Part shown: positions 51,712 through 61,790 of the stretch, one piece after another | Position numbering within the stretch: position 1 is the stretch's first letter | How the letters are laid out: every line of letters begins with the position of its first letter | From: Phaeosaccion multiseriatum | Lineage: Eukaryota; Protista; Ochrophyta, other classes | DNA: 64,000 bases | Reading direction: 5' to 3' | Assembly: GCA_965112735.1 (NCBI GenBank) | Contig: OZ218956.1 | Coordinates: 3,596,001 to 3,660,000, forward strand | Translations under genes and position numbers: made by a program | The notes under the pieces: generated by a model | What the model was told of the DNA's origin: nothing | The model's input: the letters and a program-made list of their open reading frames with translations, nothing else | The model's database searches: none

Positions 51712-54700
51712 GAGGGGCTCAGAGAGTTGGTGGCGCTGCACCTTGCGCAAAAACGCGCCACATTGCGCAAAGCGAAAGCCGCCTGCAACGCCACATCCGC
51801 TGCCATCTCCTCGTCACTCCTTTCGGAGTCTGCATCATACTCAGTGGTAGGCACTATGAGCTGCACAAGATCTCGGCCGAGTTTCTCTGCGTCACCCTTC
51901 ACCCTTTGTCCTGCTTTCCAGTCCTCCATCTTCTTGACCTGGGCGGCAACATCGGCGAGCAAGGTCCTTGTATCGGGCAGCTTTGCTCCTCCCTGCTTGT
52001 CGCGACGCTCAACACGCCCGACTGCGCCACGCGTGCTCGTATAGTGCTCTGTCAAGGACACAACAATCTCGGCTTGCGCAAGGTGCAGCGCCACCAACTC
52101 ACTGAGCCCCCCTTGCACCTGTGCGTGCGTGTGTGAGTGAGTGTATGAGTGAGAGTGCGTGCGTGAGTGAGTGAGGGGTTCTTTCCTTGCTTCTCCAAAA
52201 GCTCATTGTCTGTCTTCCCTTCTTGTCTCCATCCCGACCCATCTGTCCCGCACACACACACACAGGTGCAACAGGGGCTCAGTGAGTTGGGCACCTTGCG
52301 CAAGCCGAGATTGTTGTGTCCTTGACGGAGCACTATACGCGCACGCGTGGCGCAGTCGGGCCTGTTGAGCGTCGCGGGAAGCAGGGAGGAGCAAAGCTGC
52401 CCGCTACAAGGACCTTGCTCGCCGATGTTGCCGCCCAGGTGAAGAAGATGGAGGACTGGAAAGCAGGGCAAAGGATGAGGGGTGACGCAGAGAAACTTGG
52501 CCAAGATCTTGTGCAGCTCAGAGTGCCTACCGCTGAGTATGGTGCAGACTCCGGAAGGAGTGACAACAAGGAGATTGCAGCTGCGGAGGTGGCGTTGCAG
52601 GCGGCTTTCGCTGCGGGTGCCTACGTTGAGGCTTCCAGCAGAAGGATGGACAGGTCCACCTGGGTCGCAGCGGTGGCCTCTGAGGCAGCTGCCTATCGTC
52701 TAAACCGCCACCACCCCAGCGCCGAGGATAGGAAACTGGCCATGGGCATGGGGCGGTTGCTGGCAAAAAAGCTCGCGAGAGCTGATTCCAATCTTTTCAG
52801 CCCCTTCTCGAACGTGGAGACGACGACACGACGGAGGGCGAGATCGAGAGGCGGGGGGCGAGGGACCAGTGGCTCAGAGTAGCAGAAGCTGTGATGCAAC
52901 TAGTAGAACCCCAGCAGCACGTGGACAAGGCGGTGTATCTCGTGACACTCTACCAGGTGCAGGACAGGAGAGCTCAAGGCTGACGATGAGAAGCTTTCTC
53001 GCCTGGTGCTTGAGACCCTTGCACACACAGATCCGAGCGGGCCGAGCGGACCATCCCCCGAGCGGACAGCGTTTCGTTGGGCTGCCCTTTATCAGCACTT
53101 GTGGCAGACGTACGGCCTTCCAAGGATCACGAAGCGGAGGCTGCGCGGCGTGTCCGAGCCAGCCGACCTTGTCAAGGCGGCGAAGGAGATGGTGGACAAG
53201 GAGGGAGAGGAGAGGGGCGAGAAGGCAGCAGAGAAAGCAGCCGTAGCAGCGGCAACAGCGGCCTTGAGGCACGGACCCAAGTCTTTGGCGTACGAGGTGG
53301 GTGCTCAGCAGACGAACAGCGGACTGGTGCGCTGCACCTGTGCAGGAGGTGCAGGTGCAGCGCACCAGTCCGCTGTTCGTCTGCTGAGCACCCACCTCGT
53401 ACGCCAAAGACTTGGGTCCGTGCCTCAAGGCCGCTCTTGCCGCTCCTGCCGCTGCTTTCTCTGCCTCCTTCTTCTCCTTCTCACTCCTCTCCTCTCCCTC
53501 CTTGTCCACCATCTTCCTCGCATCCTCGACAAGGTCGGCGGGCTTCGGCATGCGTTTCAGCTTCCACTTCGTGATCCTTGGAAGGCCGTACTTCTGCCGC
53601 AAGTGCTGATAAAGGGCAGCCCAAAGAAACGCTGTCCGCTCGGGGGATTGTCCGCTCGGCCCGCTCGGTTCTGTGTGTGCAAGGGTCTCAAGCACCAGGC
53701 GAGAAAGATACTCATCGTCAGCCTTGAGCTTTCCCGTCCTGTACCACACCTGGTAGAGTGTCACAAGAAACAACGCCTTGAACACGGGCTGCTGGGGCCG
53801 ACTCTCGTGTTGTCGCATCGCATCTTCTGCTTTTCTGAGCCACCCCGCCCGCTCCTTCATGTCGCCCTCCGTCGTCTCCACGTTCGAGAAGGGGCTGAAA
53901 AGATGGGAATCAGCTCTCGCGAGCTTTTGTGCCAGCAACCGCCCCATGCCCATGGCCAGTTTCCTATCCTCGGCGCTGGCTGGGCTGGTGGCGGTTTAGA
54001 CGATAGGCAGCTGCCCCAGAGGCCACCGCTGCGACCCAGGTTGACCTGTCCATGCTTCTGCTGGAAGCTTCAACGTAGGCACCCGCAGCGAAAGCCGCCT
54101 GCAACGCCACCTCCGCAGCTGCAGCTGCAATCTCCTTGTCACTCTTGTCGGAGTCTGCACCATACTCAGTTGTAGGCACCATGTTGTCCTAGAGAATTTG
54201 CGACGCCGACCGGACGAGAGCGAAGGCGTATAGTGGTGGGCACTCCAAGTGGCGCGCTCTACGAAAAGACGAGCTTCCTCGCAAGGCCGGGTTGGGGCCG
54301 AATACAAAGTACGTGGAGGTGCTTGATACCATAGAGGGCTTGGACGATGATGCCAATCTACTACGACGCGACTACTTGGGAAAACTCACTCCCGGTCAGT
54401 GCTGGGGCGGTACGGATCCGGGGGTACGCTCATTCCTCCACATCTAGCTACCATATGGGCAACAATTGTGTGTATCGGGTTGGGCACAAGTTCTCTGCGA
54501 AAGTGCGGAAGGTGCAGAAGAGAATCGCCCACCTGGACGGGGCGATACACGTGGCGAGAGAGGTAAGCAAGCAGCTAGTAGCGGGAAGTTGACTAGCTAC
54601 CAAAGGCAAGGCAGGGGAAAACTGGCAGCTCACTCGCTCCGCTCAGCCATGGAAGGATGCATCCCCTCCGCCCCTCCTCTCTTGCCCCTACCCTTGACTT

Positions 54701-55455
54701 GTTCCCTGGCTGCTGACTGACTCGGGCGCTCCCGCCCTCCTCTCTCTCTCCCTTCTTCGCTTCCCTTCTCGCCTTTGCTAGAACGGAGACACTGACACCG
54801 CCAAGATGCGCGAGCGTTTGAAGCACGAAACTTTTGTGCTGCACACAATCGCAATCAGGCTCATTACAGCGACATTTACCCCCCGGGGGGGGGGGGGGGC
54901 AAGCGTGGGCGAGCCGGAAAGGCTGCTTGAGAGCGGGTCTGCCCAGGGACATGGGAAAGGTCATGGCGGCTCTCTCCTTCGGACTACTTCGACAGCGGCT
55001 TCGATTGGTGAGTGCTGGGCAGCCAGGGGAGGAGCAGTAGCCGGATGCTTCATCGGGGAGCCCAAAACAAGCAAGAAGGAGGCGACTGCCCTCCGCCTTG
55101 CCTCTTACTACTTGCTTCTCCTTTGCCTCTGCCTCCTCTCGCTCGTCCTCCTCCCTCACCAGGCGGGATCGTCTCCATCGTGCCCTCTGACCACCCTCTG
55201 CGAGCCCAGCCAGCGAAGCCTACACCACCAAAACGTGTGGCGCTTGCGGGGCGTACAACGGGGCTGTCGGGGGCAAGAAGCAGTGGGTTTGCCCCACTTG
55301 TCACCAGATGCTACTCCGCGACCCCTCAGCCGCCCGGACCATCACCCTGTTGGGGTTGCAGGAGTTCGCAACAAGGGGGCGCCTCCCATCCTCGTCCGTG
55401 CGTGCTCAAGCCACAAGTGAAGAAGGCACGGACACAGCAAACCTTCCCAGTAAGT
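49582..55455 (+). pseudogene. Rearranged pseudogene: USP (peptidase C19)-like remnants, shared central region and Fanzor2-like RuvC/zinc ribbon
   Basis: USP-like VKNVDNTC (49582-49605), HEDAYEMLNFILEHL and CDEC..PVHLLI. Central IPWVTLFGS and VQEGLRELVAL match the minus paralog. RuvC motifs GTDPGVR (D at 54415), EAYTTKTC..C..C..C and LLRDPSAARTI. Lesions include stops at 50982 and 54445, frameshifts at ~51205, ~54448, ~54890 and 55207-55214, and internal inversions. Confidence 0.85.
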
Positions 55456-56008
55456 CGCTCGCATGCCTACCTGCCTGCCTGCTCGCTCGGCCGTGCCTCG
55501 CTCCGCTTGTTCTTGTTTACGTCTGCAACCAAGCAAGTGCCGACATTCACATTCGCTTAGCTAAGCTTTTCTTCACTTGTTCTTGCCTCTGCCGCTTTTT
55601 TTGATTTGCTTTCTTGACTTGCCCTGCCTCGCTGCCTCGCCCCCCCCCCCGGCCCCTGGCTGCCTGCCTGCCTGGCCTCCGCCCTCTCGCTCGTCCTGCT
55701 GTTGCTTTGCTAGTCGGGGCCACTGGCCGGGGGAGCAGCGGGCGAGGCTGCGCCGAGTCTCCTAGGAGACAAGGAGCAGTCGCCAGAGGCTGTACAGACT
55801 ACGGTCCGACTGCTCCTTGTGGAGCACACAAGGAGCAGTCGGATCGTAGGCTGTACAGCCTCTTGCAACTGCTCCTTGTCTCGGGGAGCAGTCGGACCGT
55901 AGTATATAGGTGAGTCATAGCTAAAATGCGTTTGCGTTGCTTGCTGCTGCCTGCTGCTCCCCTCCGTCCCCAGCCACGCCAAAGTCAGAAAATTTTACCC
56001 CCAACTTT

Positions 56009-56158
56009 TCCTCTTTCCTAACCTGCCCCTGTCCCCGCCCGCCCCCCCCCCGCCCCTCCGCCCCTCCGCCCCTGCCCTCCGTCTTTTTGGCTTTTTGGCG
56101 ATTGCTTCCCTCCTCCCGCTCCCGCCTTTGCCAAAAAATTCAAATTTTTTTTTCTCCT
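56009..56158 (+). other. Conserved non-coding 3' element downstream of plus-strand Fanzor (candidate omegaRNA scaffold or element end)
   Basis: Colinear with the reverse complement of 56853-56988: tcctctttcct(a/g)acct.cccct.tccccgcccgcccc...ccctccgcccctgccctccg...ggcgatt...cccgcctttgccaaaaaatt. Confidence 0.55.
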
Positions 56159-56527
56159 TCAGCGTTGACATGCAAAACAAAAAGCACACAAAGCAGGCAG
56201 CAGCAGCAGCAACCAGGAGGCGGCTTGCGATCATTGCATCATGGGATCGATACTGGTTATGATCTAATGAACTGAACTACCGCCGCGTCAGCCGGCCTTG
56301 ACCTGCACCGGCCGACCGGCCGGCCGGCCAACCGTCAGCTGCCACCTGTTAGCTTCCAGGCCAAGGGCAGTGACGACCCTTCCCGGAACAGCTCTCAGCA
56401 GCCACCTAGTGGCCTACCGCTCACTCCAAGTTCTCTAAGATGAAAGAGGAAAGGAAGCTGGATCTGACTGAAATAGACCTCCTCGATATCCAATGTCGAT
56501 GTCCTGCCCATACACTTACACACCTCA

Positions 56528-56563
56528 TCTCAAAGCCTTTATTTGAGTCAGTGGTGCTGTGGG
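56528..56563 (+). repeat. 36-bp direct repeat copy 2
   Basis: Matches 48984-49019 with one mismatch. Confidence 0.9.
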
Positions 56564-56852
56564 CTGGTGCTGGGACTCTGTCGTCTCCTTGCCTTGTCCT
56601 CCCCCACCGTCTTCTCCTCCTCCCCCTCCCCTTTTTTCTTTACGACACTGTTATTGAGAAATTCGTCTGACAGTCTCAACCCCTGATGCACTATCCGCTA
56701 TCCGCTATCGCCGGGGCCAGCCGATCCGCTATCCGCTATCGGATAGCGGGGGGGGGCGATAGCGCACATATAAGTTTTTGATGGCACTTAAGGGTGTAAT
56801 CAAAGCTCTATAAAGCGGCGCATTTTTATACCGTCGACCGCCGGCCCGGAAA

Positions 56853-56988
56853 AGGGAGAAGAAAAAGAAATTTGGAATTTTTTGGCAAAGGCGGGAAGAG
56901 CAAAATCGCCGACGAGGCAGGCAATCGGAGGGCAGGGGCGGAGGGCAGAGGGGCGGGCGGGGAGAGGGGAAGGTCAGGAAAGAGGAGA
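56853..56988 (-). other. Conserved non-coding 3' element downstream of minus-strand Fanzor (candidate omegaRNA scaffold or element end)
   Basis: Homologous to 56009-56158 and in the same orientation relative to its own Fanzor gene. Confidence 0.55.
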
Positions 56989-57365
56989 AGACAAAGGCAT
57001 AGATGGCGATGGCGGGAACAAGGAGGCGAGCAGAGGTTAGGACAGGAAGGCGCGCGAGTGCAAGCAACCGCAACGAAGTTATCTCCGCCCACTCACCTAC
57101 AACGATTGTTGTACAGTCTCAGCCCGGCAGGGCTGAGCCCGGGAGGGCTGAGCCCTGCAGGGCTGACTGCTTCCCCGGCTTGACGCCCCAGCTGTTGTTG
57201 ATTCGTTGCCCGCCCGAGCACATGATGATGAGTGAGGACAAGTAAGCAAGCCAGGGAAACTCAGGGGCTGTTTCTTGTTCAGGCAGCAAGCAAGCAAGTA
57301 GGCAACACCAATGGCTGGACAGGCAGATGAGCGAGACGCAGGCAGGGGCGCAATCAGCAACTTAC

Positions 57366-58541
57366 TGGGAAGATGTTGTGGGTGGCGTGGCCTTGGAGTT
57401 GGCCATGCCTTTGAGAAGTCGTACAGCCCGAACAGAGTGATTGTTCGGGCCGCACAAGGGTCGCGCAACAGCGTGGCCTTGCAGGTGGGGCAAGTCCACA
57501 CCTTCTTGGCCCCCACGCACTCGTTGAATGCACCACAGGCGGTGCATGTCTTGGTGGTGAAGGCCTCGCTGGGCTCACGCAGCACTAGTGAGCAGGAGGG
57601 AGAGGCGATGGCCTGAGCGAGAGGAGTTCGGGCAGCCAAAGAAGGAAGTCAATGAGAGGAATTGTTAGCTCAGCCACACGAGGGTTGCTGATGGGGACGG
57701 AGGTGTCTCAGTCTCAGCGACACCAGCCAGCCAGCCAGCCCAACACCAAGCCAACAACAAGCAACAGACGCACACACGCACCGTCTTGAGCCGTTGGCGG
57801 AATAGACCCATGGAGAGGGCGTCCATGTCCCTCCCCATATCCCTCGGCAGCCCCGAGATCTGGCGGCCCCGCCGGCTGGACCATGCCTGGGCTCGGACAG
57901 GAGGCAACACAAAGTGCGTGAAGTTCGCCACGATGAGCCGTATGGCTATCGTGTGGAGGACGAGCGTCTTGTGGTGCAAGAGCGCCCGCATCTTGGCCGC
58001 CTCCAGGCGAAGAGCCCGCGTGTCCTGTCCACTCTGTGCGCGGGCGGAGGGAGGGAGGGAGGGATTAGAAAGTGACATCAGCCACGACAAGAGACTTGGG
58101 CGAGGCACGCATCCTCCTCACCTGCGCTGCCTGCCACACCTGGCTCTCCAGCTTCGCTATCCTCCTCTGCAGCGGCCGCATGGAGGCGGAGAAGCCGTGA
58201 CCCACCCTGAAGAAGCGCCCAGTGTGGGCACACCAGATGGACAGGAACGTCCGCACTCCGGGGTCGGCCCCTCCCCATCTTTGCTCGGGGGTTAGGCCCG
58301 CAAGACACTCCCTGACCTCGCGCCGGAACTCCAGCGTCTGCCCCTCCAGGGGATTCAGCACATCCACGTACTTGGTGTTGGCGTGGAGGCCAGAGCGCGG
58401 ACGAAGGTCCTCCACACGGAGACCGCGCCACTTTCTGTCCTGGCCATGCTCTCCTGCCATGGCTCGGTCCAGCTTCCTGATCTTGGCGTCCACGCCCGAC
58501 AGCTCCTTCTTCTTCTTGCGGCGGCTCCGCCATTCCTTGAC
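57366..58541 (-). CDS. Fanzor2/TnpB-like RuvC-zinc ribbon module (exons 58541-58122, 58033-57782, 57612-~57366)
   Basis: RuvC-I WGGADPGVRTF (D 58265), FVLPP at the canonical-Glu position, LSMGLFRQRL, relocated Glu EAFTTKTC (E 57567), CTACG..WTCPTC zinc ribbon and RuvC-III LRDPCAARTI (D 57462). Both internal introns are phase-0 GT-AG. Confidence 0.93.
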
Positions 58542-58683
58542 CTGATGTCGGCCAAGAGGGGAAACAAGCCACAAGCCAAAGGAGTTCTTTGAGATGACAA
58601 GGTGTCAAGGTACTACTGCTGCTGCTGCTCCTGCTGCTGCTACTACTGCTGCTACTACTGTTGCTGCTCTGCAGCTATTCCTG

Positions 58684-58734
<51 letters not shown>

Positions 58735-61700
58735 TTAAGAGTACTTACCCCGAGTTGCTGCAGGTCTCGACGAAGTAGCTTGGCTCTATAACGCAACTCT
58801 ACCAACTCCTCCATCCGGCCCGCGTCGTCAGCCCCTTCCTCCCTCCCTCCCTCGCTCCCTCGCCCCCTCCCTCCCTCGCTCCCTCCCTCCCTCCCTCCCT
58901 CGCTCCCTCGCCCCCTCCCTCCCTCGCTCCCTCGCTCCCTCCCTCCCTCGCTCCCTCGCTCCCTCCCTCTCTTCCTCCCTCTCTCCCTCCCTCCCTCCCT
59001 CCCTCCCTCCCTCCCTCTCTTCCTCCCTCTCTCCCTCCCTCCCTTCCTCCCTCCCTCCCTCTCTCCCTCTCTCTCTCCCTCCCTCGCTCCCTCGCTCCCT
59101 CCCTCGCTCCCTCCCTCGCTCCCCCCCTCCCCCACCCCTCCCTCCCCCCCTCTCCCACCCCCACCCGCTCCCCCAGGCCTCTCACGGCGGAGCTTGCAGT
59201 AATGCTCCAACTCCTCCTTCTCCCCCCTCTCCCCCCCATGCACTTCCATGTGCGGAACAGCTCGTTGGGGTTCCTCAAACTGGAGATGGAGCGATGTACC
59301 ATGGGCGCAGTCGCCAAGCACGGGGCCCGTCACGCAAAGCCACGCTGGCTGCACCGACGTCGTCCCATCCGCCCGGTGGGCTGGCTCCCGCCAAAGGCGC
59401 CGCGAGGGCTTCCCTGTCTGGTCGAACAGGGTCAGAGTGTGCCCCGCCGTGACGCACACGGTCACCCTCTCGATCCATCGGGCTCCGTTATTGACGAGGA
59501 TGGCTTCACCCCCTCCCACCCCATCTTTCCGGTACTCCAGCCCAAACTCGCCCGGGTTGAGGTGCCCACAACACCCTGCCTTGAAGTATTCGGTGCTCTG
59601 CACCTGCCTCTCCCCACGCTCCGCTGCGCGGCGCTCCCCACGGAATCGCCCAACCCCAACGTGTGTCTGCATCGCGTCGATCTGCCTGTCAACGGATGGG
59701 GTGAGAAAGCGCCTCGACGGAGGCCGGAGACAACGCTGTGTGATGGACTTGTGGTCAAGGTCCACACCCGCCACAGCCACGGTAAAGATCGCCACCGCGG
59801 CCTCTCCCATGGACGTGTCTCTGCCGTACACGCGGTTGCTCAGTCTCCTCATCGCCTTGACGGAGCCAGGTTGGGTGAGGACAAGAGCGGCAAGGCGGGC
59901 ATCAAACACCGGGCCGGTTGTAAGCCCCTGCCAACTGTCCTGCCTGGCAAGGGCGGCGCGTGCGCCCTCAACCTTATCCTGCTCCTGAGCCTCCTGCTGC
60001 TGAGCCTCCTGCTCCTGAGCCTCCTGCTGCTGAGCCTCCTGCTGCTGAGCCTCCTGCTGCTGAGCCTCCTGCTGCTGAGCCTCCTGCCCTTCATCGGACT
60101 CTACCGTGCCGAAGCACTTGTTCACGTGCTCGTCGGCAGTGGTGCGCACCTCCTCCACCTCCTTCCCCTTCCTCGCTGCTATGAAACCAGCGGTTACTGC
60201 AGCGTCCAGCAGAAGGTTCTTCAGCTCATCCCCCTGGTATCCCGCTGATCTGGCATACTCTGCGGCCCCACAGACCGCAAGCAACTGCTGGCAACCCACA
60301 CGTTGATCTGAGTCCCGCGTGCCGCACACTGCCTCGAAAGCCTCCACAGCGAGAATGGCAATCTCTTCCGCGACAGGTCGTCGTCGGACGACGCTGAGCT
60401 TCTTGACCTGTGCCTTGACATCCCCGAGAAGAGTCAAAGGACTTGGGAGCTGCCGTCCAGCCTGCCGTCCTCGGAACTCCTCTGCCGTGGTGGGCCCTTC
60501 CTTGGAGCCGGCGTATTTGTACGTGAGGGACGGCACAAACTCGGCTCTCGACATGTAGAGGGCCAACTCATCTAGAAAGCCCTTTTGCATCTGAGAAGAG
60601 GGGCAGGCAAAGGCGTGTGAGTTGGCAGCGTCAGATGCAGCAGGTACAAGAAGAGCGTGGCACACATGTTGGAATTCGGACCATCGTCGACATTTGGAGG
60701 GGGGTATTCCATTGTAGGCCTCATCCGTCCCTGGTGATATACAAGAGCGTGGGCTCCCTCTCTCCTCCCTTTCCCCTCCCCTCCCACTCAGCCACTCACC
60801 AGCACGCAGCGTCCTCGTCTCCCTTGCGTGATGAAGGAGTAAAGATTGGCCGCAAAAGCTACATGAGCCTGCTCGCGGATAGGGGGCGGTCGTCCCCTTG
60901 TCTCCGACCCCCCGCTCCCGTAGACGGTCATCCAGGGAATCTTCTCCGCCTTTGCAGACTGCAGCAGCAACTTGGCCTCCTCCACCGCCGCCTCCTCATG
61001 CCCTCGATACCTCTCCTGTAACAGGAGCGGCGCCATGAGGCTCCTCAGCTGCGTGTCAAGGCTATCGTCGGTATGCCACGAAAGAGAGGCCGTCCACCCA
61101 CCCCCCCCCCTTCCCCCTAGCTGCTTCGCCACCCGCGCCCTCTTGGCACTGACATCAGCGCTTGTTTGCGAGCTTCCCCCGCGCATCCTCGCCGTGTCCT
61201 CCTTCCTCTCCTGCCACCCCTCTTCCTCCTCCCGCTTCTTCTTGGCCTGGCGGTTTTTCTTCTTCTCAGCCTTGGAGGGAGGCCTGGGCAAGCGCTCCTT
61301 CTCATGGCCCTTCACCCCCTGCGCCGCCCAAAGCTTGAGCTCGCCTTGGCATGCCTCACTTGTCGCGCCAAGCTTCACCAACAGCCCCAAGCACGCGTCA
61401 AACCTGTCCTTCGCGTCCCCGTAGGTCTGTGGTGACTCCAGGCTACACTTGCGGGGCAGACCCTCCAACTCGTCATTGCGCCAGAGCCCCAAGAGTGCTT
61501 CAAGTCTCTTAGCCCCGGCCAGAAAGGAGGCGCGGTTGGAGCTGCCCCCCGATTTGACCATTGACACAATGAGGTAGGGATCCATCCGCATCAACTGCTT
61601 GATCAACGTGAAGACTTGCTGCGCCTCCTCAGCCGAGTCCTCAGCCGTGAATGAGATTTCATTCCCCACGCCCCACCACGGCTCGAGCTTAGCACTAAAG

Positions 61701-61741
61701 TGCCCCCAGAGTTTGCACAGCTCCGACCAGCAGCTGCCGCC

Positions 61742-61790
<49 letters not shown>

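Noticed and set aside
60665-60731. Possible extra exon (GRMRPTMEYPP...) within the 60799-60591 intron
   Set aside because: The paralog supports a direct RC.L|.Q.G junction and there is no strong donor; not fully excluded without cDNA.
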